From: Eledone cirrhosa
Lineage: Eukaryota
Direction: 5' to 3'
Length of the DNA: 64,000 nt
NCBI GenBank assembly: GCA_964016885.1
Contig: OZ024740.1
Coordinates: forward strand, 353,400,001-353,464,000
Notes under the pieces: generated by a model
Told to the model about the DNA's origin: nothing
Databases searched by the model: none
Seen by the model: only the letters and a program-made list of their open reading frames with translations
Shown here: positions 1 to 13,805 of the stretch, piece after piece
Position numbering within the stretch: the stretch's first letter is position 1
Layout: every line of letters begins with the position of its first letter
Program-made: the position numbers and the translations under genes

Positions 1-194
1 ATCAGCAAGCATTTAAAAAAGTCATTTACTTTGCTAGAACAGTAGTTAGCTTTCACTATGTAATGTTTTACACCCAGATTCTCTTTCTGGTGTCAACCCT
101 TTTAGGTGACTCTTATCAGATATGGATATTAAACTACATTAGCAAATGGTGAAAAGACCGTTTTATATATAATTTGGAACACTTAATTTTCAAG

Positions 195-410
195 TTAGGC
201 TTCTAACATTGGCACAAAGCCACCAATATGGGGTAAAGTATAGCAGATTGAATTAACTCCAGTGCTTGACTGGTACCTTATTTTATTGGCCTGGGGTAAC
301 AAAGGGCAAAATTGACCATGGCAGTATTTGAACGCAGAACATAAGAACCATAACTAGATATTACAAGCAGTTAATCCAGTGCTCCAACAATTCTGCTTAT
401 CCATCACTCT
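195..410 (-). mobile_element. Old tRNA-derived SINE (family 2, (TTA)n tail)
   Basis: Diverged match to the SINE copies at 20190-20368 and 24430-25145 (ggcacaaagcc...tttgaacgcagaac). Confidence 0.6.
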
Positions 411-514
411 CAAATATTGGTCTCCATCTCTACTCCTTCAAATTTAAAAAAAGAAAATATGAGAAATAAGCTAAGTATGGGAACAAGGCAAAAAAAAAAG
501 AACTCGAGAAAGGT

Positions 515-745
515 ATAATTAGCAGTGGAGGTGAGTGTTCTGAAAACAAAGTAGTTAGATTATGAACCAGTTGGAAGACGTTCAGGGAGCTATTACCTCT
601 ATTGGTAACAAAGGGTTTCTCTTCCAGAGTGAAAGGCAGATTGTATGGTGCCTTTGTATAAATTACAATAGTAGCAAGATGTAACTCTTGAATGACTAGA
701 AAACTAGAAATAAATGAGGCAAACATCCTCCACTAGATATGTAAT
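515..745 (+). mobile_element. Old RTE LINE fragment
   Basis: Degenerate similarity to the 'ISSGGGCSE...FRELIPLL..KGFS' region of the RTE at 2590-2830. Confidence 0.6.
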
Positions 746-1128
746 GTTAGCATACCTAGCTGATGAAACAGATGTTTCTCCTATTATACACCTGCTCTCC
801 TCTTCCATTACCCAACGACCATTACTGTCTATCTTTCATTACTTTTAGTACTGCCTCTCACCCATCACTTCCCTCTCTGCTACACACCAATACTAGTATC
901 TCATCCACTACACTCTTTCTCCTTTCACCAACTCAGCATGGTTCTTCTGTCATTGCTCTCTCCCTTATTCATTCTATTGTCTCTATTGCATTGAAGGAAC
1001 AGAGATAGTGTTCAAGTACTCTTTAGTCTTGGAGAAATTCATGAACACATCAATAAATACTGATAATGATAGGAATTAAAGTTTGTGAAAGAATTAGATA
1101 ATTAAAAATCTCTTAACCTTGTATATAT

Positions 1129-3286
1129 ATTAAGGCCAAAAAGCAGGCTTGGAAAGTATGGCGGGATGAGGGAAGTAGAGAAGACTATCAAGTGGCCAGG
1201 AGCGAAGCTAGGAGACAAGTGTACTTCGCAAGAAGGGAAGCAGAGGAAAGAAATTTCAAGCATGTTCTACAACGCGAGGACCAAAAACGTGAGGTGTTCA
1301 GGATTGCTAGGCAATGTGTCAAGGAAAACCGTGATATTGTCGGGGAGAAGTGTGTCCTTAATGATGATGGTGTACTTGCCATCACTGACGCTGATAAGAA
1401 GGTAGCTTGGAAGTGTCACTACGAAAGGCTACTAAATGAGGAGAATAAATGGGAGAAAGACAGTCTCCCCAAATCGATCCAATAGAGGGACCAGCAGTGC
1501 AAGTTGAAGGTAGTGTAATAAATAAGGCAATCAAAGATATGAAAACAGGTAAGGCGGCTGGGCCTTCGGAAATAGTTGCTGAAATGCTGAAAGCTTCTGG
1601 AATGGTGGGACACACTATGGTCACCCGGATAGTAAACCAAGTCATACAGAATGGGGCCGTTCCGAAGGACTGGCATAGCAGCATCATCATTAACTGTTAC
1701 AAGGGTAAAGGAGATGCCCTAGATAGGGGTAACTATAGAGGCATTAAATTAATCGACCAGGTCATGAAGGTCACAGAAAAAGTAATAGCGCAACTAATCA
1801 GAGAACGAATTGATCTAGATGAAATGCAGTTCGGGTTTGTGTCAGGTAAAAGTATCACAGACGCTCTTTTCATTGTACGACAACTACAGGAGAAGTACCT
1901 ATCTAAAAGTAAACCCCTATACTTAGCTTTTGTTGACTTGGAGAAAGCCTTTGACAGAGTCCCCCGCTCCATTATCTGGTGGGCTCTTAGAAAACTAGGT
2001 GTTGATGAATGGCTTGTGAGAGCTATACAAGCCATGTATAAAGAAACAGTCAGCAAGATGAAGAGTTTAGCGTAAAAGTTGGTGTTCATCAGGGCTCCGT
2101 TCTTAGCCCCCTCCTATTTATTATTGCCCTTCAGGCTATGACAGAGGAGTTTAAGACCGGCTGCCCATGGGAACTCCTATACGCAGATGATCTAACTCTC
2201 ATAGCTGAATCAATGGCTGAACTAGAGAAGATATTCCAAACTTGGAAGCATGGCCTAGAATCAAAAGGCCTTAAAGTTAACTTGTCTGAGACTAAAGTCC
2301 TAGTTTGTAGGAAGGAAAATAGGGCGCCGGTCCCATCTGGGAAATGGCCATGCTCAGTGTGTAGGAAAAGAGTAGGCAGAAACTCCATTTTATGTCCCAA
2401 ATGCAAAGTATGGGTGCATAAAAGATGTAGTGGGATCACAGGTAAGCTAACTAAGAACATAGATTTTATATGTGGTCGGTGCTCTGGTGCAATAAGTAGC
2501 AGCAAGTGCCCACAGAATACTAGCTCATTCCATTGCACAGATGGTTCTATAGAAATAGTGGACACCTTCCGTTACCTGGGTGACAAAATCAGCAGTGGGG
2601 GAGGGTGCTCTGAAAGTACAGTAGCTAGAGTCAGAACGGGATGGAAAAAGTTCAGAGAGCTTATACCACTATTGGCCGCTAAAGGGTTCTCTCTAAAAAT
2701 GAAAGGCAGGCTGTATGATGCCTGCATACGAACAGCAATGTTACATGGCAGTGAGACATGGGCATTGTGTGCAGAGGATATACGCAGACTGGAGAGGAAC
2801 GAAGCTTGCATGCTCCGCTGGATGTGTAATAGTAATATACGTGAACGGCAAAGCATAAACGAACTAAGGGAGAAATTAGGAATAAGAGGGATCAGATGTT
2901 GTTTACTCGAGAGAAGTACAAAGCGAAACCTACAGTCAGTAGGCACCTCTAACAAAAATACACCCCTGTCCCACTACCCCCACCCCATCCACACCACCCC
3001 CTTCAATGTGAAGTTATGTTGGTACCACAACATCCAGTCCGAAACAAATGAGGTTGTGTAGGTGTCACGACAAAAAAACACACAGTCCACACTGTAATGT
3101 GGCCGTGTAGGTAACACGATAAAAACCTCCCAGTCCACACTGTAAACGTGGTTGGTGTTGGGAAGGGCATCCAGCCGTAGAAAACCCGCCAGACAGTCCT
3201 ATACGAGCAGGACAACCAATCTTGCCTCAAGTGGGAAAACTCCCATGCAAGCGTGGTAGATGGACGTTAAACGATGATGATGATGA
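1129..3286 (+). mobile_element. RTE LINE (young family A), 5'-truncated, frameshifted, with an internal deletion of the ORF end
   Basis: ORFs 1192-1485, 1449-2075 and 2138-3061 carry RT motifs (FVDLEKAFDRV, LYADD) and a PHD finger. Nearly identical to 38863-40890. The 3' UTR ends in a (GAT)n tail. Confidence 0.95.
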
Positions 3287-3645
3287 TCATATGTGTGTAT
3301 TTATATTCATATTTTATTTTCCTTGAGCCCTCAACTTGTTATGAATTCATTGTGACATGTGTCTTTAGCATTTTAAACCTGACTGATCCCATTACTCTCC
3401 TCGATTGACAACAGTTGTTTTCTTCAACAGAGAGATAGAGAAAAAATGACCCTTATACTTGACTGGTAGTTTATTAACTTCAAAATGATGAAAGGTGAAA
3501 TTAACCTTGGTGAAATTTGAAGTTAGGATGCAGAGAGTTGAAATTAATACTGTAAGACTTTCTACCTGGTGCTCTAAAGACTGCCCATTTTCCAATTTGT
3601 AATGTATATTTATATATATATGCAAACACACATACATACACACAC

Positions 3646-4178
3646 TCAGGCTCAGAAGCTCCCGCGCCTTGTGACGCATGAGGCAATCATAGTGTTCCAT
3701 CACGTTCGGTCAGCAGCCAGTTGCACAGCGTCCCGCCATTGTCTGTTTGTCGCTCGCAGGTCCCTCTCAGCTGTCTGGCGCCAGTTCATATTGGGTCGCC
3801 CTCTTCGTCTGCTTCCCTGCGGGCTCCATTTAAGTACTTGGTTCGCCAATCTCTCCGGGAGAAGTCTCAAAGCGTGTCCAAACCAGTCCAGGCGTCGCTT
3901 GCAGATGGTAGAAGAGACTAGCTGCTGGTTGGTGCGGTTGACTGGGTACTAAGAAGAGCGTCTAAAGACCAGGGTATATCTTGGGTGGGAGAGCAAAAGT
4001 TGTCTGACCTGGACTTTGCGGACGATATTGCTGCACTTGCAGAGAGCACAGCTGACCTGCAAATCATTGTGAACAATATCAATGTTGAAGCAGGAAGCTT
4101 AGGTCTCAATATCACTGCCAAGAAGACCAAAAGCATGTTATCTGGGACACACCCATCACCAACTAGTGTCTTCATTGG
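3646..4178 (-). mobile_element. 5'-inverted RTE LINE of another family
   Basis: The minus strand of about 3650-3917 encodes the C-terminus (KRRLDWFGHALR..RRRGRP). The plus strand of about 3918-4178 encodes RT (DLDFADDIA..GLNI..KTKSM). A candidate 12-bp TSD acatacacacac sits at 3634-3645 and 4179-4190. Confidence 0.75.
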
Positions 4179-5269
4179 ACATACACACACAGTCACATAT
4201 AATTAGTTGATGGTTAACAACTACACATGAACTGGTGTTTTACTCACTGCCATATTAGGAGAATTTCTAGCATTAATGAGTTGAAGAAAAAGGAATTCAT
4301 CAGATTGTGAAAGTGGGTTGGGTTTAAAGTGTGAAGGTTTATATATGTAATTGACAAATAAATGAAGAAAAGAAAGGAAAAGTGCTGAGGTCTACAACTT
4401 ATTCATGTAACCTATAATTTCTTTGTAGATGAACTATATTGGACATATTTACAATGTTGTAAACCATGGATTAAATATTCATGATTTTAGCTGATATAAG
4501 AATTGAATCTAGTTAAAAGAAATAGTCATATTTGATAGTTAAATGAAGACACTGCTTTTCACACCTATAAACTTTACATCAATCTTTCCTTTGTTTGATA
4601 AGTTTTCTGCCCTTCCTATCACCAGCTGCTTTTCAGCATATACTGGGTGCATTTATCATGTAGATCACCAACACTAGAGAGGTTGTTATGTCTTTAACAG
4701 AACTAAAATGGCCTCTCAAACCTTTGAGGTATGGGTTTTACTGTGGGGTGCCTTTCCTGTTGCTAACCACCCTTTTAGAGTATACCGGGTGCATTTTTGT
4801 GGCACCATCACTTGAGAAGTTGTTGGTCATAGACCTAACTGTAGAGCCTTTTCAGCTTTGGAAAGGGAGATAGGTATGAAGATATAGGTGCATATGGGGA
4901 TTTGACTGGGCAATGAATAAAGAGTAGGGGTAGTTGATTGATGTATGGGGATGTAGTGGTGTGAGGGATGGGATCAATATGGAGAGATAGGGGGTAAGAG
5001 ATGAGTAAGGGCTAGGGCTGCTGCTTAGTGTATGGGGAAAGGGGGTCGTGGGGAAGAGATATGTAAGAGGGGTAGTGAGAGTGTAGGGGTTTATAGTGGT
5101 GGGGTGAACAAGAGGTAGAGAAAGTAGCTACTAAATTGCAATGGTGAGGATATCTAAGGTTTTTAGAGTAGGGGTTAATAGTTAATGAGTGAGTCAGGAC
5201 AGGGTATGGGTGGTGGGGAATGCTAGTGGGTAGGAGGGAGAGGGGCTCATCGCTAGGTCAGGTCATATT

Positions 5270-5695
5270 GTATGCATCTGGCCAGGTCTTCATCATCACA
5301 GTATAGTGCCAGTCCTGTCAATCCTTTGTTATCTTAGTCGTGAGGCTTAGTTTCTGAAGGTCGCTCTTGACTACCTCATCTCATGTTTTCCTGGGTCTGC
5401 CTTTTCCTTGAGTTCCAGCCACAGAGATTGCTCTGCATTTCTTTATGTAGTTGCTAACCTCCATACATATCACAGCACAGTCTTTTCTCTTGCACATTAC
5501 ATTCAATTCCTCTTATGGCAAGTTTTCCTCTCAATTCACTTATGCTATGTCGTTCATGCACACTAACATTACACATCCATTGGAGCATACTTGCTTCATT
5601 TCTCTCCAGTTTTCACAGGTTTTCTACAGTTAAGTCCCATGTAGCACTGCAATTAGTATGCAGGCATCATACAGTCTACCTTCACTCTGAGCGGA
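5270..5695 (-). mobile_element. Old RTE LINE 3' fragment
   Basis: Degenerate homology to the RTE C-terminal coding region (RLERNEA.ML.WMC..., GRPRKTW). Confidence 0.6.
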
Positions 5696-5819
5696 TAGGA
5701 AGATAGATAGGTGTGGGAGTATGTGTGTGATGCAGATCTAGGTTTGCAAAATAACATAAATGAATTTTTAAATGTAGACTTTTGCCTATACTTTTTCTTT
5801 TACAATTTTGTCCAAATAG

Positions 5820-5966
5820 GATTACAACAACCCACCAACATATACAGCATTTATCAAGGTGGAGAATTATCTTTGTATTCTGTCCTTCTGATGGGCTTTG
5901 GATTTTCAGGAGAATTGATCAAGTCCTCTCTGAGGAAGAAATGGATGGGTTCTGCCAAGTATTTCT
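5820..5966 (+). CDS. Ceramide kinase-like (CERK/CERKL family) gene, internal exon A (147 nt, phase 1-1)
   Basis: Polypyrimidine tract plus caaatAG acceptor and GTaagt donor. Translates (G)LQQPTNIYSIYQGGELSLYSVLLMGFGFSGELIKSSLRKKWMGSAKYF, which resembles CERK 'LLRYSVSLLGYGFYGDIIKDSEKKRWLGLARY' (recalled from memory). Upstream exons were not found in the window. Confidence 0.85.
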
Positions 5967-6782
5967 GTAAGTTGCAGCTAAATATTTCTTCCCTATTTCT
6001 CTCTCCCAATGATACAGGTATATAAGTCATTCTAATGGCAGTGTATATAGTCTGTGATAATGCAAGGGGAACAGTTGCTACATAAAAGAATGGTAATGTT
6101 GATACAGTAGTATATGAAATATGCTGATGGTGAGGCTATTGATAGTGGTATTGTATGTAGCAAGTGTGGATATTATATTACATGAGCTGTCATGGGGAAG
6201 TTTATAGCTATGATGGTAATGCTAGAGGTTGTGCAGTTGGTGATGGTCATATGTAGTATAACCTGTGGAAATGTTCTTAAGATTTACTGTATAAGTTGTT
6301 TGATATTGTGTAACCCCAGGCTAGTCTTATGTCCTGCAGATCCTCAAAAACTCCCATCACCAAACTGAGACAACATAAAGTAGAGGAAACATTCTTACCC
6401 TGCTGAATACCTGACAATACTCTCTAATGTTGTTGCCACAATAGAATATACCCAGTGTATTCTGTAAAGTGTTTGGCACTCAAACGGAAGCAAAATACAG
6501 TAGAGCGGACTCTTCAGTCTGGTCAAGCATATGGCAACCTCTTTAGTGCTGGTACCATGATAAAATGTACCCAGTACACCCTGTAAAGTGTTAGTGCTGG
6601 CCTTGCAATGAGATAGACTTGGTACACTATGTAAAGTGGTAGTGCTGGTGTCACAACATGCACTCTGTAAGGTGGTTAGAAACCATGTCAAATATGGAAC
6701 AAGATGAGGTCTCTCTGACCTGTCTAGTCTTAGACAATAACAACCTGTCCCACTCATGTCAACATGTAAATTGATGATGATA

Positions 6783-6839
<57 letters not shown>

Positions 6840-7317
6840 GTGTGTGTGTGCGTATCTATATATGTGTGTGCACACATATGCATGTATATATGTGTGTGTG
6901 ATTGTATTTAAGTTTTTTGGCAGGTATACATAGAAATTATGCATATATGTCAGTAGATCTATGTATGAGAGTTTTATATATATCTTCTATAGATGGGAAC
7001 GTGTGTGTCTATACTTTTCTATTACATACAAGCTGTTGTGTGTGTGAGCATGTATGCCCATAATTTTACATGTATTACTGTTCTTCTAGATGGATTGGGA
7101 ACCAGATCTTGCTCATACATTCTATTTCTATAAGCTGGATAATTTTCCTAACACCAACCTCTTTAGAGTGTATACTGGGTGCCATAGTCTCTGTTCTTTC
7201 ATGAACTGATGACCAAGAGGATGGGAAATAGGCAAGAGAATGAGTGTGATGGGTGTATCCACCATGACTCACACACATCATACTTTGTATTTTCTAATTA
7301 ATACCTTTCCATTCTAG

Positions 7318-7387
7318 TTTCATTGTTGGACTGCTTGCTTACAAGACGTCACAGTTTGAAGTTGAAGCTGTCCTACAGATTAGCACA
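7318..7387 (+). CDS. CERK-like gene, exon B (70 nt, phase 1-2)
   Basis: ttccattctAG acceptor and GTgagt donor. Continues the exon A frame: FSLLDCLLTRRHSLKLKLSYRLA(Q). Confidence 0.75.
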
Positions 7388-8239
7388 GTGAGTTCTTACT
7401 ATAAACATATAATTAAGCATACATATGTACATATACAAACATCATCATTATCATCACCGTTTAACGTCTATTTTCCATGCTTGTATGGGTTAGATGGCTG
7501 TTGTGTGCTGAGGCCAGGCCAGTCAGGATACTAAGTTCTACTAGAGTGCTTTGTTTTGGCTTGGTTTCTAAGGTAGTATGCCCTTCCTTAATACTAAAAA
7601 CTTATACAGGATATATGGGTAACATGGTTCCTATGGCTGGATGCTTTTCGTAATACAAACTATTTTACTGTATGTACTGTGAGCATTTTATCATGACTCT
7701 GGCACTACCACCTAACATGGTGAATTGGGTGTTTTTCATTGTGGCACCGGTACTACCACCTTCAAAGTTGGATTGGGTGCTTTTGTCATGGCATCAGCAC
7801 TACCTCATTACAGCACTAAGATGCTCAGTGTCTTTGGTTTTGCAGGCGAGGTATTAATGGTAGTTTGGGCTGGGGTACAGATATTGCATTGATGGTGTGG
7901 GTCAGATCATGAAGGTGGTCTTGAAGCAAATGGATAGTGTCTCACATAGTGTGGAATGTGCCAGTCTTCCCTTGATAGCCTAAAATTTATATGCTTTTTG
8001 TTAGGGTGGGAAAGATCATGTTCAGCAAGGAAGGTGAACCAGTCAAGGTTCATATTATCTTTCCAAGCTAACATGGGTTGAGTAAATAAGTCAGGAGTAT
8101 ACTAGTAGGTGAGACCTGAGAGTTGTTCCATTTCTCTGCTTCTTCAGGTTTGGGGTGGAGGTCAGTCAACCCCTCTGCCTTATGCTGTTTCATTCCATTT
8201 AGGTAGGAAGGCGAGTTCCCTGTATTAAAGAATATTACC

Positions 8240-8740
8240 AGTTTTCTCAATTCTCGGTCATCTTCTTTGTGAGGTTCAGCTGCATGAGGTCAGCCTTCAC
8301 TGCATCATCTCACAAGGATTTGGCTTTGTGTGATCTGTATTTATTTATGCAGCTGTCATCATTCATGCGTATTACATGTCCATATCATCACAGTCTCATC
8401 TCCTGCACACTGCACCTGATGCCTCTTATACCCAGCTCATTGATGCTTCATTGCTCATGTATTACACATCCATTAATGCATTCACTTCATTTTTTTCCAA
8501 TCTTCATAAGTCCGCTGTACACAAAAACCCACGTTTCACTACCATTCAGCATTGCATTTTACACACAACCATCAAGCAATCTGCCTTTTATTCCAAGGAA
8601 AATATCTTTTGTAGCTTGCAGTGATCCCTGAACCTATGCCAACTGGTTCTCACTCTGGCTACTGCACTTTCAAAACATTCACCCCCAACTGCTAATTTGG
8701 TTCCCTAACTACTTCTAGGAAGCCATCTGAGCATTTCATT
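8240..8740 (-). mobile_element. Old RTE LINE 3' fragment
   Basis: Degenerate copy of the RTE C-terminal coding region on the minus strand. Confidence 0.6.
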
Positions 8741-10110
8741 GAACTTTATGGTCTGTCTTGTTATCATTGTTTTGCTTTTAGTTTGGAGCATCCTGTAGTT
8801 CATATGTACACTTTTTGCCTCATCTTCCTTGTTAGTCAAAAGATGTTATCTTGGGTTATAGTATGTTGCTGTGTCTCATCTTTTACTTCAATCCCTAGCA
8901 GCTAACTTCCATATGCTGCTTGTGTATTAGCTGCTGTACACACGCATGCATGCAAATTATGTAAATACATATACACATACATCTATGAGATTTTTTTGTC
9001 TGTCTGCAGGTGGGAATCAAAATAATGACTTTCAGATGAATTCAATTTTTGTTTAAATTTAATCTAAAAATAATTGCATTCACTAAAAATAAACTATGAT
9101 CTGTTGATCACAAGTGTGGTATTCTGATTGGTCCAATATAAACATTCAGTTTACATGTCATTCCAATATGTGTTTGAAAAAACTAATAGCAAAAGTTGAC
9201 TGAATGGTTTTAGTGAGACGTTTGTGCATATGGAGGATTCCCTATGACACTTCCAATCTGAAATAGTGTTACGAAGAAAAATCTCAATTGGTTTAATCCT
9301 CCATTCAATCTATATGTCTCTACAAATATAGCACATCCTAAACACATATGTCACAAACTCTTTAATACTGATAGTATTAAGGTTAGCTACTCTTGTCTAG
9401 ATAAACTCTTTTCAACATCATATGCTACAATAGAAAAACAGGTATGTACACAGACATCAACCCATGCACTAACCTGTAACTTCCCAAATCACACTAATTG
9501 TCTACTGGGAGGATTTTTCCTCTCAAAAGGCTGTCTATTAAACCACCCTTGCATCACCAGATGTTATGCAAGAAACCACATGGGTCTAACAGCCAATGAA
9601 TGATTTATGCAACTTATGAGCTCTATCAGGCACAGGGACAATGCAAACTACCCCTCCCTGCCCTGTTTCATCTAAAGACTCCAAAAGCAAGAAAATAATG
9701 ACTTCTTACTTACTAATGCTCGTCACTACCAACTCTACCCTCTTGTGTAGCTACATATATTTGCAACAGCTTGCAGTATCCATCAAGAAGACTAATGCAT
9801 TGTTTTGTTGCCATCAAAGAAGTTGCCATGTTAAGTAATTTCAAACCATTGGCTATTAATACCTAGGAAAGAGCACCTTATCTCTAATTGACCGATATAC
9901 TAATGTATGGGACACTATACTTTCTTAGTCATCTTGTACTGACCACTATTACTACCTACCATTGCTAACACTTAAAGCCATATAATACACTGAGAAGTAA
10001 CCTACTATAGATAATAATTATTAAATATAAACACTAAATTTCTAATTCATTATAAAAATAATAATTTAGAGCATTTATTGATAATTAACTTCACGTTAGA
10101 AACTTCAATG

Positions 10111-10580
10111 TATGTATTCTTTTGACTATGAAAAATAGTTTCATAAATTAGGTGTAAAAGCTTTTATGGTGAAGCTTCTAGCTTAAAGTTGATTTTCAAT
10201 AAATGCATGCATATGTATAAGTATATATATATATGTGTGTGTATATTATTGAGTAAAATGACAGGAAGTCAGACTGGTGAAATTCCTTCAAAGATTTATT
10301 TCAGCAAACGCTATGTACATTTCAGTGGCCAGGTTATGTAAGATCCTGACACCTAAATATGTCACCAGGATCTTACATAACCTGGCCACTGAAATAAATC
10401 TTTGAAGGAATTTCACCAGTCTGACTTCCTGTCATTTTACTCAATAATATACACACACACATATATATACTTATACATATGCATGCATTTATTGAAAATC
10501 AACTTCAAGCTAGAAGCTTCACCATAAAAGCTTTTACACCTAATTTATGAAACTATTTTTCATAGTCAAAAGAATACATA
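10111..10580. repeat. Long fold-back inverted repeat (arms 10111-10348 and 10366-10580), probably from a Penelope pLTR
   Basis: The arms are near-perfect reverse complements around a 17-nt loop. The left arm has 21 extra nt, which on the minus strand read GAAA-TGTACA-TA-GCGTTTG, like the 3' half of a hammerhead. Confidence 0.85.
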
Positions 10581-10695
10581 TAATAAAGAAATAGTGGTAA
10601 ACACAATCCACGAGGCTATAAGGAGAGAAAGCAGATAAAAACAGGGAAAAATGTTTTTGACTCAAAGGCGATCAAGAGGGCCAGTTGTTGTCAGT

Positions 10696-10726
<31 letters not shown>

Positions 10727-10775
10727 AAATAATGAATAAAACAATGAAACAGTTCCTTATATTAAACAAAAAAAG

Positions 10776-10918
10776 TTCATTATTTAACGATCGTTTCTAG
10801 GACATATATGTGTTAGAATTGGCATGCATATTCAAAAGATCTATGTACAAAATTATACAAACTATCAAAGAGAATATGCATACCATCACATATATATGCT
10901 GTCTTCAGAAATAATGAA
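10776..10918 (-). ncRNA. Hammerhead ribozyme (type I, extended stem II), minus-strand copy
   Basis: Reverse complement of 14862-15004. Confidence 0.7.
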
Positions 10919-11691
10919 GTATATTTATTGATAATAATAACAATTCAAAATTACAGGTCTGTTTGGGAACAGATTTTAAATAGACCAATGAAATACATAA
11001 AAATTCATCAAGAAAATACAGTTAGGTGTGTGTATATATGCAAGTAACTTCGTTCACAGATATGCATAAAAATGTATGTTCACATGCATACGCATGTCGA
11101 AAAAGTGTATGTAAATATAAAAATTCAGGGCTAATGTCTCTGTATGTTTATAATCCACAGACAAAATATACATACATATACATATATATATATACACACA
11201 TATATACACACATATACATACATTCATACACACACACGCATATATACATAAACACACACATACCTACGAACACACACACACATATATACACACACACACA
11301 CACACACGTATATATTATTATTATAACTATATGGATATTGAGGCGCACACATAAACACGGCCACACACACATCCAGATGCAGAATTAAAAGGAGGTAAGG
11401 GAGTAAGTAATTAAGGAGGGTGTCAGACTCAGCATATTTATAAAAATGTATCTATAAATTTAGAAATAAAAAGAAATATAATAAAAGAAATATAATAAAA
11501 ACATTAAAAAACATAAAAGAGAGACATAAAATATACATGCTTATATACATACGCACATTTACACATCCATTCGTTCGATACATACATACATACACACACA
11601 CACATACACATACTTAACCTCACGCATATTAACCTGTTTGTATGCATATACATAAAACCAATTAAAACATATACTCATACATATAAATACA

Positions 11692-11785
<94 letters not shown>

Positions 11786-12095
11786 CATACACATATATAT
11801 ATACACATATGCACAACACACATATATACATATATGTACACACACATACACACATACATACACATATATATATATATATATATATACATATATATACACA
11901 CATATATATACACACATATATATACACACATATATATACACACACATACATATACGTATATATACATACACACACATACCCATGTATATATACACACAAC
12001 CACACACTCACACACAGTCAGACAATTATGCACATATATACACATACATACACACATCTCTACAAATACATATACATACATATACATACATACAC

Positions 12096-12175
<80 letters not shown>

Positions 12176-12429
12176 TCATACACACTTATTTACATGCGCA
12201 CATATGTATTTTTATACTCACATACAAACATACATACATACTTACATACACATACATACATCCACGCTTACAAATACGAATAATTATGGGGGGGGGGGAT
12301 TAAAATTATTAGTGGGAAATAGTAAATATAGGTTTCAAGGAACATAGAATATTAATCTGCATTTAAATCATAATATGTGTTTACATAGTAGTGTCAGTAT
12401 TAGGAAATGGTATTTGTAAGAAAGAAGGC

Positions 12430-13325
12430 TAAATTATGCATTTTAATATAAGTAGACTATTAATTATAGGTTAAATAAAGTAAAAATAGTTAATATATTA
12501 ATTTCTAAGGTGTATACTACTTAGGTTTATAATATTTAAAGCGGAATTTTGAAGTTAAACAGTAGTAGAGTATTAATTATAGCTAAATTAACTAAATTAA
12601 AAATATTAACATGATGGTATCAATTTTAGGAAATGAATTTTGTAATAAGGAAAGCCAAATCAAGTATTTCATCGGTAGTAGAATATTAATTATAGGTTAA
12701 CTAAATTAAAAATTATATATTAATTTCTATAGTATATGTTAATTAGGTTTATAATAATTAAAGCAAAATTTTGTACTTTATCTATAGTAGAATATAATTA
12801 TAGGTTAACTAAATTAAAATTAATCTATATATTTATTTGTAAAGAATATATTAATTAGGTATATATTTAAAAGTTTTTCTCAGTTTATGATTACATGATA
12901 TTCTGCAATCCATCTGTATTAGAATTTTAATTTTAAGCTAACTAAATTAAAATTAATTTATAAATTAATTTCTAAATTGTATATTAATTAGGTTTATAAT
13001 ATTAAAAAGTATTTCTCTGTTATTGATTACACGATATTTTGTTATATTTCATCTGTAAAGGAATTTTAATAAAAGGTTAAATAAACTAAAATTAATCTAT
13101 ATATTAATTTCCAAAGTATATATTAATTATGTTAATAATATTTAAAAGTTTTTCAGTTTATGATTACACGATATTTTTTAATTTCATCTGTAGTAGAATT
13201 TTAATTAAATTAAAATTATAGGTTAACTACATTTAAATTAATTTATATATTAATTTCTAAAATATATATTATTAATTAGGTTTATAATATTTAAATGTTT
13301 TTCTCAGTTTATGATTACACAATAT
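12430..13325. repeat. Degenerate tandem repeat with a ~120-135 bp unit (about 7 copies)
   Basis: Recurring 'taattaggtttataatatttaaa...cagtttatgattacac...tagtagaat..taattataggttaactaaattaaa'. The unit includes the last codons and the stop of the GIY-YIG ORF. Confidence 0.8.
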
Positions 13326-13740
13326 AATTAATTCCTGTCGCTTATTTAATAGGATATCCTTAGATTTCATCATTTCAAATAGTTCTTGGGAACACAATCT
13401 ACATTCATTTCTATTATTTTGATAAGGGGTGGCTCTTTTGAGCACACTCCAGGTCATATCATATTCTATATTCTTATTTCTATAACTATTAATTTTTTCT
13501 GCTAGAGATGTTGTATTAGCCAGTGCGGCATTTTTAAAACTATGTTTGTGGGTATTAAACCTTACCTTAAAATTGTTAGAAGTAGCTCCTATATATGAGC
13601 AAATAGAATCTTTAGTTTTAACTTTACATTTATAAACTATGTTGTTAACAAGACAATTTCCTTTTAATGGGCAGTTTGCTTTGTTTCTACAGTTACAACC
13701 TTTCGTTAATTCTGTATTTGAGGAGATATTATGGTTAGTT
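13272..13740 (-). pseudogene. GIY-YIG endonuclease C-terminal fragment of a Penelope-like element
   Basis: Open frame with NIVY...SYIG motifs. Clearly homologous to the ORF at 43976-44662. Confidence 0.85.
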
Positions 13741-13759
13741 TGTAAATAAGTGTGTATGA

Positions 13760-13805
<46 letters not shown>

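Noticed and set aside
100-150. Possible upstream exon of the kinase gene (ttttAG...GTgaaa)
   Set aside because: The translation shows no similarity to the expected GST/GSG-containing CERK exon, and the phase does not fit.
2910-2930. Spliced-out segment in RTE copy 1
   Set aside because: The missing ORF end has no GT-AG boundaries. It is an ordinary internal deletion.
9010-9025. Strong-looking acceptor (tgtctgcAG) that would give a short terminal exon (Q)WESK*
   Set aside because: No homology or other support, and it would truncate the kinase. Treated as a cryptic site unless transcripts show otherwise.
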